Positions 1-13,900 of a stretch of DNA of 59,546 bases are shown one piece after another. The position numbers and the translations under genes were made by a program. The notes under the pieces were generated by a model, which was not told the origin of the DNA, searched no databases, and saw only the letters and a program-made list of their open reading frames with translations. The stretch comes from Girardia tigrina (lineage: Eukaryota), in the NCBI GenBank assembly GCA_001938485.1, contig MQRK01248723.1, forward strand, positions 1 to 59,546, read 5' to 3'. The stretch's first letter is position 1. Each line of letters opens with the position of its first letter.

Positions 1-693
1 ACCAAATTGTGATTGAAGATGTTCGAGAAGGACGTTGTCGCCAGAGATATGCAGATATTTTGAAACTCCATAATCAACTGTCCAAGTTGTCAATTCCTGC
101 ATATGATCTCGATGAAGCAAAAGTTGCAGTTGTTGACATGGATGCTCACTCCTTACTAAGTGACAGTTTTCAACAATAACCAAACTTGGCAAATTATCAA
201 CAAATTTAACTTTGGACTTTGGAGCGTAACAATTTAAGAAAACTCTTAACAAATAAAAGCATCCTTTGCCAATGAACTATTTTAATTTTGGACTATTTCA
301 GTTCAGTTGCCATTTGACAATTCTGTCAATATGTAATTTCTTTGAAGTTTTTTCATGTTGATTTAGTTGGAACTTGGACTTCGGATGTGTAAGTAGGCCT
401 ATTGCTTATAATATTCAATATCATAACATGGCCTAATGTTGTTTTAGTAATTATTAAATAAATCAATGTCTTATTGATAACGTTTAACTTTTATTAAGTT
501 TAGTTTATATTATTGATGATTATTCTTTTTAGCATTTTTTTACCGTTAAATTTTATTTAGTTCATTAAATTTGTAAAAATATGCCATCTAGAGTGTAATT
601 TAGCATGATATTAGCATTTACATAATCTGGGTATTTCTGGGTTTTTTTTGAAAGAAAATCTGGGGTTTTTTCAAAAACTTGGGTGGTAACACT
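1..693 (+). mobile_element. 3' end of a probable hAT/P-like DNA transposon
   Basis: Open frame to ~179 (QIVIEDVREG...DSFQQ*), CTGGG/TTTT subterminal repeats at 628-675, terminus GGTGGTAACACTG (reverse complement CAGTGTTACCA). Confidence 0.35.
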
Positions 694-842
694 GATTATT
701 TTGTAAATTTTGTGATTCAGTGCATTCGTGTTTAAAATTATTTACGCCATTATTTTTAATCGTTTAAAAATAAAAATTTGCCGATACTAGATTTTCTTTT
801 TTCTTCGGTCATTATTTTAATTCAAACGAGAGTAATTTTCAA

Positions 843-1028
843 ATGTCGACAAATTTGGAGAAACGTAGTTCGGGTGGTTATGTGTTTGAGGTTGGAATCG
901 AAGATATCGGTTGCAAGTCGCCATCGTCCGGAAAACCGAAACACTTGTTCGAAAGACTCGGTGAATCGTTTGACTTAAATCGTAAAGATATTGAACAAAA
1001 ATTTCGAAAGGTCGAGGAACGACGAAAG
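843..1028 (+). pseudogene. Stathmin-family exon or fragment
   Basis: LEKRSSGGYVFEV...DIEQKFRKVEERRK resembles stathmin LEKRASGQAFEL...EIQKKLEAAEERRK. A GT donor follows EERRK at 1029, where vertebrate STMN1 has an intron. No downstream stathmin exon found. Confidence 0.65.
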
Positions 1029-1914
1029 GTTCAAAAAACGATTGTTCATAGATCGAAGAACGGATCGGAGATGGGTCCTGGTGAAATCATTTTGTTTTTC
1101 CTTCCCCCCTATCTCGGAAACAATTATTCCCTAGCCCTGGGACCCCGCATCTATGCTGCGCCCGCTCTCATACCAACAGTTATTTTTCTTTATTTATTAA
1201 ATTATTTTATTAGAACAAATTAAAAATATTACTCAAGTTTTGTTTACACAAATATTATGGGGACCACCAATTAATATTTTCTTTTAAAAATTACTGTTAG
1301 AAGACAAAAGATCTGCACTAAAATATATTTAATAAAACTAAATCAAAAACAAACATACATCAATTGTTCGCCAAGCGAATGTTGAACCAACCGGGGAGAA
1401 CAAAATTGATGAACTTGGTAGAGATATTGCCGAGTTGAGAGAAAACGATGGAGAAATTGAAAGATGAAAGTAGGAAAACAAGAAACAGAATTTTGTTGGA
1501 TATATTTTTCCATTTCAATTCTCTCGCAGACTCAAACGGCTAATTCAATCGGTTCTCTTTATTCATTAATCATCTCCTTGATTGTTTTTGTTCGGTTTCT
1601 AGAGAAAATTTATTATAATTTTAATTGAAATTTTTTATAAAAGTTTAAAGTAATTGTGAGATAATATAAAATTAAATTTAAATTAATTAAATAAAATATT
1701 ATGCAATCAACAAATTTAGAATAATTATAAATTTGTATTATATAACTAAAACGGAGTCAAGAGCAGAGTTAACCTTTGACTCTCCTTTTATTCTGTATAT
1801 AACTGATGATAGCGGAGTGGGTTTGCAGTGGTTGCGTGGCTGCGACGCTCTGGTGTTAGGGGATGAATTCCGAGTTGAGGGAAGAAAATAATTACTAACA
1901 TTTTTGATGCCCGG

Positions 1915-2195
1915 CCCATTGTTCCTTTATCCGGATCTGACCATAGTAATTCGCAAAGTAAATCTTGATATTGAATATCTGTTGGTCTAATAATGCGCCT
2001 TATTTGCTCCATTGATTGAAAATAAGGTGAAAGACCACCATGGCAGCAGAATATCATTTCGTCAATTATAGCAGCCATTGGGAAACAATTGAAACAGTCA
2101 GTAAATGTTTTCCATAACTTAATATTGTATCGTCTTTTACATTCGTAATAAAATCTATATATCCGATTGATTGAAGTACACTCGTGATTTCCGTG
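1915..2195 (-). pseudogene. PPP1C: Protein phosphatase 1 catalytic subunit fragment
   Basis: [56 protein letters not shown]...LLWSDPDK matches the PP1 core; truncated at both ends, with substitutions at conserved sites. Confidence 0.9.
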
Positions 2196-2254
2196 AAATA
2201 AGTTCATAAGATTTTTAGACACGGATTAATTATTCGGTTAGAGCATTAAAAGTT

Positions 2255-2469
2255 AAAGCATCATAAGTTAAAATTACTTCATCAAATTATTTGAGGAATT
2301 ATAAAGCGGCAGCTTTTCGAGAATATCCTTTGGCCCAACCAGATTTCAATTTAATACACTCTTCCGCATCAGAAAGAGCGAAATCAATCACGAAGAGCGA
2401 ATAACATTGTATAGCTTCATGAATTTGTGTCGACTGTAAAGCCTTGTTGCCTTTCAATATTGTCAGCAT
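2255..2469 (-). pseudogene. STIP1: STIP1/Hop N-terminal TPR1 fragment
   Basis: Manual translation KGNKALQSTQIHEAIQCYS...DAEECIKLKSGWAKGYSRKAAAL*FLK*FDE resembles Hop KGNKAL...ALQCYS...KPDWGKGYSRKAAALEFL; internal deletion and stops. Confidence 0.8.
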
Positions 2470-3304
2470 TCGATAATTTTAAATCACCAAAATATGATGA
2501 ATCTCAATTCAAAATACTAAAATTCCGCGCTAATAAACTTTTATTTAATTCAAAAGAATGGCGACTTTCGATAATAAACAACTGTTTAAAAAATAATCGC
2601 GCAAAAAAATTACTAATTCGAAACAACACTCTATTCACTTTAAGATCACAGAAAATCGAGTTTAAAAATTTATCACAAATCAATTTTTTAATCAAAATTT
2701 TTCCCAACAAAAGCATTTCGTTAATTCATTTTATTCGCCCAAACAAAAACAATTCCAACTCGATCGATTTCACATAAACACTCAATCGATTCAAACATTT
2801 TTTTTTAAATTCTTCCATTCATCTTAACTTTCAATAATTTATTTAAACAGCATGACATTTAAAAACTTCAATCAATGATAATTACAAAAAAAAAATCGGT
2901 TGTAAATTAAATTACGGAACTTTCGTAATAATCGACGAATTTTCGTCTTCGATTCCACATTGATATATTAAAATGTTTTTTCAATTTCATAAAGCGAATT
3001 CTAAGAAAATAATCACAAATTTGACAATTTAATTATTATTTCAATACTTTTATTATTTTTATAAATTCATACCTCAACAAAAATATGAAAATCAATCTTG
3101 AGCGATATCAATTAATAAATGTACTGTAGAGAATTTTTGTAAAGACAATTCTAATTGTAATAATAATCAATGATTTCGAAACCATTTAATGATCTTAATA
3201 ACTATTAAATAAAGAGATCATTGTATCAAAAGATAACAAAATAAACAAATAAATTTATAAAATTAATTTATATCATTTTCTATGTCCATCTATAATGCAA
3301 CTGA

Positions 3305-4036
3305 TTATAAATTACTGATTATTGGACCCTCTAATCCGACATACGTTTTCAACAACTCATCTTCATTTTCAATCACTTCTCTTAATGATGTATTCAATAT
3401 TTGATACTTCTCAAATAATTTTAGCCACTTCTTGAAAATAGGTTTTAGAACTTTTCGAGACTTTTTTTCTTTGATCTCAACATAAAAGCAAGTATTGACA
3501 GTAAACTGCCTGACAATAGTGATGATTTCGTTAACGATGTCAAGAATGGAATTCACTTCACTTATTACTTCGTCATGAGCTTTTGTTAGATAATCTAAAA
3601 ATTTTGGACTTCGGATTAGTTGAGAATGCTGATCTGAATTTCTAGCCAAAATTAAACTGTATTTATACACATAGAGCTTATTATTTTGAATCTTAATCAT
3701 TTTATCAATTTTATTTTGTTTCCATTTGAGTATTTCTTCATATTGTTTTAGATATCTCTGATGTTCATTGGTAAAATCTTTATCGAGACATTTAATTACA
3801 TCTTTCACTTTCATTTGGTCCTTATTAAGTACATGGAGTAAATCACCACAACTGCCATAAATATAGATAAAGGTTTCCTTTCCGTCATCGGGTGGGCAAC
3901 ATCCATCGTCCAGATCGTTTATTCTATAACATTCCCAACAACACTGATGACCACAAGGTTTCAGCTTCAATAATGTTCCAAATATAATATTTCCACATGA
4001 GTGACATAATTCCTTTGGTGTAATTAAAGACGACAT
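3305..4036 (-). CDS. Intronless RING-like + helical/coiled-coil protein, paralog 1 (243 aa)
   Basis: Intact ORF; C-x2-C-x13-C-x-H-x2-C-x2-C...CPPD; full-length similarity to 18250-18987 and 20552-21259. Confidence 0.75.
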   Translation of the reverse strand: MSSLITPKELCHSCGNIIFGTLLKLKPCGHQCCWECYRINDLDDGCCPPDDGKETFIYIYGSCGDLLHVLNKDQMKVKDVIKCLDKDFTNEHQRYLKQYEEILKWKQNKIDKMIKIQNNKLYVYKYSLILARNSDQHSQLIRSPKFLDYLTKAHDEVISEVNSILDIVNEIITIVRQFTVNTCFYVEIKEKKSRKVLKPIFKKWLKLFEKYQILNTSLREVIENEDELLKTYVGLEGPIISNL

Positions 4037-4347
4037 TTAATTTAGAAGTAACTCAAAATAAAATTAAAATAAACAAAATAATATTTTGTTTAATTCCTGC
4101 ACAATAAATTAACAAATATTAAAACTTTTGAAATTGAGTAACGTATAATACGGAAATGTAAAAAGTAGGAAATTCATATTGTGAAAAGATGTAAAATTTT
4201 GAAGAATGATCTGATTTGCAAAGTACGATCTTCCCCTTCAACCTTTAAATTGGCTGATTTATGTTCGTAAGGTGTGACAAAGAAATTCAATAGGAACAGG
4301 AAATCGTTAAACTGATAATTCTAAACTTTGATTTGGAGAATAATTAA

Positions 4348-4562
4348 CCCTTTCAACACGATTTTTTATTTCAGTAATCCATGTTATATTAGACCCCAAA
4401 ATACTTTTTTCCTAGTAATTATTTTGCAATAATCTTTTTTTAATCAAAGTAAATTAGAAAAAAAATATTTTTGGCTATAATATAACATGAATTATTGAAA
4501 TAAAAAAATCGTGTTGAAAAGGGTATACTCTGGGACAATATGTCCCAACAGTGTTGAAAGGA
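4348..4562. mobile_element. piggyBac-like fold-back MITE
   Basis: TTAA|CCCTTTCAACAC ... GTGTTGAAAGGA|TTAA; largely palindromic interior. Confidence 0.7.
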
Positions 4563-5285
4563 TTAAAATTAAAGATGAATTTCGAAGATTGTGTAGAAGA
4601 GTTCAAACTACAGCAAAAAATGTTTTATTCAGATGCATTTAAAAATTCAAACATGGTTTTATTAATAATATTTATGATGATACAGTTCATTTTTAATTTA
4701 TACATTTAAAGTATACTTAAATTTAAAGTATTTTAAAGTATACATTTTAGGTACTGGTCAAAGTGACTATTTTCAATACATTTTGTAAAAGTGAGTTAAC
4801 TGAAGAAAAATAATGCGGTGAACTCACATTTAACAATAAATAAAAATAATTCAACTATTATTACTAAAATTCTATTTAACTACTGAAAACATTAACAGAA
4901 AGACAAAAAGAAGATTAAATGCACATTATGAAAAATTGAATCGTAAGAAGAGTCGATAAATATAAGTAACTTGTAGATGTATAGCGTATTTATTAATTAT
5001 TAAAAAATAACAGTTGTTTTACTGTTCTAAATCTGAAATCCACTTGTGAGTTATTTTCAAATAATAAAAGATTTCACGAAATGCCACTTCATCGATAAGA
5101 TGGTGTTCACCAACTTATCTTTCCAAAGATTGTAACATAAATCAATCGTTTCCTTCAGAGGAACATTGGTGAAAAAATTTAAAATTGAATCAATGTTCCA
5201 ATTTTTGACATTAAATCATGCTAAATTATTTAAAAGTGTGGATTTTGATATTTTAAAACACGTTTTAAATAATAGTTCGAATGTA

Positions 5286-6602
5286 TTGGGTTGTTGCATA
5301 AGTTCCCGCCGTTTTTTTAACAACCAAAATAATGACTCAGTTAATTATATATTTAATGAAATCATAAAATTTTAACAGCAAAAATAATAACATTTCAATC
5401 AATTATGTACTCTCTTTCATTGTTCACTACTGCTTCCCATCTTTCCACCAATTTGTTGATTCCATTTCGCCAGAAATCCTTAGGTCGAGTCTCGAAGAAG
5501 TTGTTGAAACAATTCTCAAGATAATCCTGATTTTCGAAGCTAAGACCCCTCATTTCATTTGAAAGGCAGCGGAAGAGATGGTAATCCGTCGGGGGAGGTC
5601 TTGGGAACAGGGAGGATATTGAAGGACCTCACAATCGAGCTCTTAGAGTGCCATCTTGACAGTTTTTGCGGTGTGTGGTCGAGTATTGTCATGGAGGAGG
5701 ATCACCTGGCCTTGTCGATCCGGTCTTTTTTGTTGATTTGCCTCATTGACTCGATGCAATTGGGTTTTATAGAGATTCTTTTCTACTGTAATGTTCTTTC
5801 CAAGCATTTCCTAGTGGATTAGACCCTCCCAATCCCACCATACGCAAATCATTGTCTTTATCGGGTGCAGGTCTTTTTGGGGCTTAGGCTTCTCTCCAGG
5901 ACTCACCCACCCTTTCCTTTGCTTCATATTCACATAGAGACACCATTTCTCGTCTCCAGTGATGATTCTGTATAAGAAACGTTACCTGTGGCCATGGGTT
6001 TCTGGGTGTCGAGTGAGATTTTGAGCAGCAATGGAAAGCCGCTTATCCTTCTGTTTTTGGATGAGTTCGTGCGGGACCCAAGCTCCAAGCTTTTGAGTGA
6101 AACCTATCGACTGAAGATGGCGTGAAATTGTCGCAAAATCACAATTCATCTTTTCGGCCAATTCTCTGGATGTCTGGCAGCCATCTTCCTTCAAAAGATC
6201 CCCGAGTTGGTCCTCGTCCATCTCGACTGGTCTTCCGGAACGAGGAGCGTCGTTGAGGTCGAAATTATCGTGTTTGAACCTGGCAAACCAATCCCGAGAA
6301 GTTCTCTCAGCTATAGCGTTCTCTACATACATGGCACAAATATCTCTGGTAGCTTCACTCGCTTTTTGACCCCGATTAAAGGCGAAAAGAAGGATGTTTC
6401 GAAAATGCGATTTTTTGTCGACTTGACAATCCATTTGACGGTTCTAAAAAAGGACAAAAATAATATAGGCAAAAACGATTACTTTAATCTTGTAGAGCAT
6501 AGCACGGGCTTTCTAATGGTATATAACACTTTGCCAAACATCAAAAAGTCTTTATAGAACAAATAGTTTTATATAACGGTGGGAACTTATACAACAACCC
6601 AG
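5286..6602 (-). mobile_element. Full-length degenerate mariner (DD34D) transposon
   Basis: ~28-bp TIRs (TTGGGTTGTTGCATAAGTTCCCGCCGTT), TA TSD, 1317 bp; transposase from 6434 with WVPHEL, HDNTRPH and DYHLF motifs; stops and frameshifts. Confidence 0.95.
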
Positions 6603-8411
6603 TATATTTGGGAAAAAAATAAAAACAATGTAATAAAGATTTTTTAATTTAAAAAAAATTATCAAAAAAGAATTTAAAGACATGTAAATTTGATAAAGGG
6701 AATGGACTTGTTGCAATGAATAATTGTGATTATTTTGATAAAATAGAAAAGGTTTTAAATTGTCCGCAATTTAATAAAGTTAGTAAATTTGGGAAAAATG
6801 GAAAATTGTCCCCTTTAAAAGATGATGAATATTTGTCTTCGTTATTATCGAATTTAATTGAAAATAAAAATATTGATAAACATTTAGCTGATAGTTTAAA
6901 AGCAGTTGTTTTTCAACCAGCCAAACTTTATGGACTTCCAAAAGTTCACAAAGATGACATTCCTTTGCGTCCCGTGTTATCTATGGTAAATGCATCTCAA
7001 TATAAAGTATCGAAATATCTTGATGGTAAATTAAAGCCCCTTCTGAAAAAGGGTTTTAATTGTTTAGACAGTTTTGAATTTGTTGATTTTATTTCAAATT
7101 ATAAGATTAGTAACAAAAATGAAATTATGGTTTCTTTTTATGTTGTTAGTCTTTTCACCAATGTTCCTCTGAAGGAAACGATTGATTTATGTTGCAATCT
7201 TGGGAAGATAATGTTGGTGAACACTATCTTATCATGAAGTTGCATTTCGAGAATTGTTGTGTTTTGCCACTTCTAATATTCATTTTCTTTTTAATAATGA
7301 GTGGTATAAACAGGTTGATGTTATAGCAATGGGTTATCCCTTAGCTCCAACGCTGACTTCAATATTTTTGTCAAGTATTGAAGATAAGATCGATTTGTTT
7401 TCGGGTCAAAAACTTCTAGCGTATAAACGCTATGTTGATGATATTTTTCTTATTTTCGATAATCCAATTGATATAGATCCATTTTTAGGATACTTAAATT
7501 CTTTGCATTCAAATATTAAGTTTACAACAGAAACAGAGAATAATGATAAATTATCTTTCCTAGACTTACTGATTGAAAGGAAAATAGATGTTTATGAGAC
7601 TGAGATTCCCAGAAAGAAAACTGATACTGGACTATATACATCGCCAAACAGTTTTTGTGAATCTCGATACAAATATAATATGATTAGAGGACTAATTTTT
7701 CGATCTTGGTCATTACCATCGACTTATACAAAAAGTTGTGATAGTATTAATCAATTAACTAAATTATTGAATAAAAATGGTTACTCAAAATCAATTTTTG
7801 AGAAATTGACCAAAGAAACAATTGATAAATTAATTAATAAACTGATTAAAAATGATAAAGAAGACTCAACAACTTTAAAATACGTTTTAAGCATTCCATA
7901 TTCAGAGGGATTTGGTCAATTTAAACGTTCAATTTTAAAATGTGTAAATAATGCCTTTAATTTAGAAATAATATCACAAATATATAAAATCCAAATTTTA
8001 TTTTGTAATAAATCTCCAACCGCATTTGTATTATGTTCGGATCTCGTATACAAATTTACATGTAATGGGTGTAATGCCACATATATTGGAGAGACGTCCA
8101 GTCATCCTTGTAAGAGAATCATAGAATATGGTCGGAATGTAGGTGGGAGTAATATTGCAGAACACAGAAAGGGTTGTAAGTCGAATGAAAACATAAACAT
8201 AAATGATTTTAAAATTCTGTGTTCTCGTTTTAAAAACTATTGGGAGAGGGTGGGCTGTGAAGCACTTTATATCAGATCTTTAGATTCTAAGAATAATGTG
8301 CAAATGGGTTTCTCGAAAACCCTATTGAACGTGTTTAGATGACATAATAATCCATTGATGACATAACCACTGCTTGCCTATATAGGAATATTTAAAATTC
8401 AATTTTTTCTT

Positions 8412-8456
8412 GAGACCTGACGATGACGGTTATACCATCAAAATTAATTATCTTGA
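8412..8456 (+). ncRNA. Degenerate minimal hammerhead ribozyme in Penelope pLTR
   Basis: GAC-CUGACGA-U-GACGGUUAUACCAUC-AAAA-UUAAUU; G12 mutated relative to the copies at 21.8-22.0 kb. Confidence 0.7.
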
Positions 8457-9104
8457 AAAATAAATGTCTATTTAACAAATGGCGTATTTTTGTTTTTAAA
8501 AAAATTTTGTTAAATTTTTATTATTTTTTTTGTTAATTTATTTTGTTTATCAATTACATTGCAATTAACAAACGATATCATTTTTTCCATTATAAAGATT
8601 ATTTTATAAATTTAATGGGAAATGGGGAATTTTTCCCATTGTTAAGTTTGGAATTGGGTAATTTTCGTCATGGGCAATTTGTAAATGGAGAATTCTTTTT
8701 GGGTAGTTTTCGCATGGGGAACTTTGTTTTTGGGATTTGTCATACCACCGATAACAGTATGAATTTAAAATGAAAACCTGTTATTCTAAATAAATAAAAA
8801 AACCAAATTCAGATAAAAATACAAATCCAGATTTTTGTTCATAAACGATATACTAATTGACATAAATTTAATCTTTTGAATCTGAGCAATGTATATATTT
8901 TTCATATATATATATACTTCTAAAATTCTCTAATTAAATATTCAAAAAGAATCAATATTTAATTTTTTAAAACTGATCTCAAAAATACGTCATTCAAAAA
9001 AATTTCAAATTATAAAAAGAACGAAATTTAATGAATCTTTGTTTTAATATTGAAATGTTAAAATTATCTTTTTGAAAATCTGAAAAACTTGGTAATAATT
9101 ATCG

Positions 9105-10929
9105 ATGCCTTGTAAAAATAAGGGATTTCTATTGAAAGCGGCAGAAAGTGCAATTTATAATTTACAATTTGCGAATTATGATCGATTAATGCAGAATCCG
9201 ATATTTGGAAGAGTCAATCGCAATCGAATTTAAATAGTCAGAGTATTTTGAATTTACCGGAAATATGTCATCGAAGCGAACCAGCGCAATTTAATGTGAT
9301 TTTTTATGACACAATATTTTGTATTTCTCGACGAAGAAAATTTTTTTTCACTTTTATTGGAAAATTAAATTAATTAATAAATAATCTCCAATTAATTTGA
9401 GATTTAATTAATTTAATTTTTAATAATTAAATTATCAATTAATTTGCGATTTAATTAATAAATAATCACAAATTAATTAATAAATATTCACAAATTAATT
9501 CATATATTGAGACACAAATAATTAGAAATTAATAAAGAATATTCATAACTTATTTTACCAAAACAAGTGATCTTGATAAGTGTGAAATGAATGACATGAC
9601 AACAAAATCAAAAACGACATGAAAACCATTAAATGACATGGATTTCATTTATAACTTTGGAAAAAATATTTCCATATTGTCAGCACCAATGAAAATTTGA
9701 TTACCTTATTGATCATTTTTTATGGTTAAGTTTATAAGTATTATTTATTATTTTAGTGCAAATTACAAATTTCGGACTATGACTATAAATTGTAATAATA
9801 AATAGCTAAATAATTAATAGATGCATATTTGGTTATCGTTGCTCACCAGTTTAAGAGTTTAAATATATTGGGTTCGTGATTTAAATCCAAAGTCATTATT
9901 CGCAAACTTTGTTTCTAATCCAACTTTCATTATTGAAACAAATTTATGAGGAACATTATTTCAGTTACATAATCCAGATTTTAAAATTCTAAATATAAAT
10001 AATATTATTGATTGTAAGGTAAAATCTATGTAATAGGGATAAAAACAAGACGACGCGTTTCGAGATAATAAAAATCCCATCATCAGGTCACAAATTACAC
10101 TACGCAAGTACACTATATGGAAACTTTCCGAAAATAAATTTAATTTATCCAATAAATTATTGGATGAAAATAACTTTATTTCACTTTTCCTTAAAATTAA
10201 GAAAAATGCACCAAATGCAATCAATCTCATTCTCGCAAACCAACCANNNNNNNNNNNNNNNNNNNNNNNNNNNNNNNNNNNNNNNNNNNNNNNNNNNNNN
10301 NNNNNNNNNNNNNNNNNNNNNNNNNNNNNNNNNNNNNNNNNNNNNNNNNNNNNNNNNNNNNNNNNNNNNNNNNNNNNNNNNNNNNNNNNNNNNNNNNNNN
10401 NNNNNNNNNTCAAATCCAAAACAATCCGAAATCTCATCGATGCAATTTGACTGAAATGTCTGACCAAATGGAAATCTGAGAGAACGTTGTGTTCTCTCAA
10501 CTGTACCAGGTTTGACACTGGTGACACTTAGTATAATAACACATTTGGCCAATGCAAAACAATCACACACCGATAAAATACATTTTGTTTTGAATTCCTT
10601 CGTTCTTTCCAAGTTGTTCAAAAAATAATTGATTTTAACGTCATAATATACACATTGATACATATCATATGTCTCCGTTACCTTGTAAAGTACGGAACGA
10701 TAGAGAAAACATATCGTTTTCTCAAATGGCAATTGATAGCTGCCAATGGTTGGTTTGCGAGAATGAGATTGATTGCATTTGGTGCATTTTTCTTAATTTT
10801 AAGGAAAAGTGAAATAAAGTTATTTTCATCCAATAATTTATTGGATACATTTTATTTATTTTCGGCAAGTTTCCATATAGTGTACCTGCTTGGTACATTT
10901 TGTGACCTGATGATGGGATTAATAATATC

Positions 10930-10968
<39 letters not shown>

Positions 10969-13900
10969 TATTTTATTCAATTTTGCATAAATCATATTTT
11001 GTTTTTGTTTTATTAATTTTTACAATGTTTATTAATTGAAATATAATTTTATATCTTTAAAATTATTTTAATGAACATGTCCTGTAAAAATTCAATTCCT
11101 AAATAATTTTTTCTTTAACTTTACATCATTCAATTATAATTATTTTTTTTAATAAGACTTTCCGTGCACAATTAACTTCAATAAAACATTATGATTTTTA
11201 TTTTAAATAGTGTTACAAGATATGTCAAAATCTTCTTTACAATATTCTTTAACTCCGAAGCTGTTATTTTAATTGTGATTTTTTAAAACCTAATTTTTAT
11301 AAAAATTTATTTCATTTTAATTAGTCGAACATTATTTTTAATTTATCTCAAATATAAATATGATTTTTAATTTAAAAATATCAAAAATTTACAGTTCACC
11401 AAAAAGAACCCCTAACAAAATATATATAAAAATATTTAAACCGCTTTACATAAACATATTAAGTTGTTAAAATGTTTTTTTTGTTTCGGTTAATTATAAA
11501 TTTGATTCTGCTATCTTTTGAATAATTTAATATATTATTTTAAATCATATCTAAAAAAACTTCTTTAATTTTGATAAAATATCTACTGTTTTTACTAAAT
11601 TCTCAAAATTTGATAAATTATTAAATAATAAATTATATTAATAGAACATTGATTTTCATTTTAGTAAAGCATTTTAAAATTATCAAATATTAACTGAAAA
11701 TAAGTAAATGAAAAATGTCAAAAAAAATAAAACATTTTTTATAAATAAATTAAAAGTTATTTTTGAATTATTATTTTTATCAAATTTTAGGTAAAAAATG
11801 TTAAAATTTTTTTTAAAATTAAATTAAAATAATGTATTAAATATTTTTAGAATTATTAGAAAAAGCTATTAGTATTGTTAAGAGAACTCACACATTTGAC
11901 AGAAAATTTATTACATTCACATTTCTTATAATCTTTATGATGATCAATAGTATTGCTTTCACTATAATCCATCACTCAATTTTCAATATCTCTCATTATA
12001 ATCTGAACTAACTTGATAAGATTATATTATTAAAAAATATTTAATTTAAATTTGATTGGCTAAAATAAAATATTTTTATAGTTATTTTTAAACATTAATT
12101 TGATTTTAATTATTTAAAAATTTACAAAAATAAAATCAATAAAATTATTTAAAAGTTGCAATAATAAAAATTAATATCATATCTTCGATTTTGATGCCTC
12201 TGTTGATTTTGTGGGTTATTTGTTCTTTACCATTCATTTTTCCTGGCATATTGGTCTCTTTCTTTAAATCTATTCTTGTTCATGTAGCATTGCGTCCTGA
12301 TATGGCCATTTTTATTGCAATAAGAACACTTTATATTTGTACAGTTTCTTCTGATGTGTCCTTCTTCGTGGCATGCCCAGCATTTTACAACTTATGAATA
12401 GTTATTTATCGGTACGTTACCGTTTTCCATTCATCATGTTTACCTACCGTATTGTATGCCGCAACTGATTCTTCTTTTTCCATTTTGCGTAGTTCATACA
12501 TATTTGAAACTACATCTTTTATGTCCTTTGTTTCGGTAGCTCCTCTCAATTTCAATTCTCTTTTCACCTCATAATCGTCAACCATATTCATGCAAACAAG
12601 GTTGAGCAGCTTTTTCTTAGAAAGTTTACTTTCTGTTAATATCGTTACTAACTCTTCGGCTTTTTTGAACGTTTCTTCTGGATCTGAAGATCCCNNNNNN
12701 NNNNNNNNNNNNNNNNNNNNNNNNNNNNNNNNNNNNNNNNNNNNNNNNNNNNNNNNNNNNNNNNTTTAAAATATCCTTCATTGTGTCGAGCAAAGATTTT
12801 TCTTTCACAAATGCCGTTTTAAGCTTTTCTTTATACGTATTTCCATCTGCTTCTGAAAATTTTGTGATTGCTGATGGAGTCATGAAGATCGTCACCATAA
12901 CTAATCTTCTATCTTCTGTTATACTCATAATATCCGCATAACGTTCGATTTTTTTTATGAAGTCATCTAATTTCGACTCGGATCCATCAAATTTTTCGTG
13001 TCCCATAATGTTCGTTGTCACATGAGCTGTGGTCGCCATATTAACAACATCAATATGAGTTTTGCAACANNNNNNNNNNNNNNNNNNNNNNNNNNNNNNN
13101 NNNNNNNNNNNNNNNNNNNCATAATGTTCGTTGTCACATGAGCTGTGGTCGCCATATTAACAACATCAATATGAGTTTTGCAACATTTATTATTATCACA
13201 AGCGCATTCACTATTTGACATCTCTCTTGATCAATTTACTTCTGAGTTCAAACTAATTATTTTCAATAAATTAAAATTTGTTAATAAAAATTATTAATTA
13301 TAAAGAATGTAATTGGTTGAAATTAAATCTAAACATTTTTAAAAAAGAACATATTAAATTAATATATTAAAATTTTAAATTACATTAAAAAATAAATAAT
13401 ACATTCAAAAATTATTTTAAATCTTTTTACTTTAAAATTAAATTAAATTATTTTTAATTAGTAAGAATCAAAGAAAATACCAATCATCCATCTGTGTAGG
13501 AGAGGCACAATCCGAATCAACATGCACAATATCAACACACAATTCAAAACATTCCTCACAACAACGACCAGATTACTTGAAATAACTCAAAAAAATGTAA
13601 ATTGCTTGCAACAGATGTAACTTATAAACTTATCAAGGTTATCCGGTTTTTATGGTGGGAACCATGGATAAAGATCGTTCCTATCATCCATTTGGCTTGG
13701 CTGTCTGCCTTAATGAACAATCCGATGATTTCCAATTCATTTTTAAAACATTAAAAAGTGCTGTATTTAAAGTATGTGGACATATATATAAACCATCAAT
13801 TTTACTTGCTGATGCCGCCGAATCTATCACAAATGGATTTGTTAATGCGGATGATCAATATGAAACAATAATAGTGTTCTGGGTTAATGTGATTTGCAAT

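Larger units (their letters stand above)
5075..8500 (+). mobile_element. Penelope-like retroelement (RT + GIY-YIG), frameshifted, interrupted by a mariner
   Basis: KFDKGNG, KLYGLPKVHK..PLRPVLS, SLFTNVP, AMGYPLAP, RYVDDIF, YIGETS motifs in ORFs 6716-7237 and 7254-8342. N-terminal part at ~5178-5285; inverted copy of 7153-7255 at 5075-5178; pLTR with hammerhead relic at ~8345-8500. Confidence 0.92.

Noticed and set aside
1803-1885. CUGAUGA plus GC-rich stretch as a hammerhead or tRNA/SINE
   Set aside because: No stem II-GAAA follows; no cloverleaf or convincing B box.
9820-9900. tRNA-like sequence (GGTTCG)
   Set aside because: Stems cannot be formed.
13005-13185. Exact duplication within gag
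   Set aside because: Identical sequence on both sides of an N-gap; probably a contig-overlap artefact.
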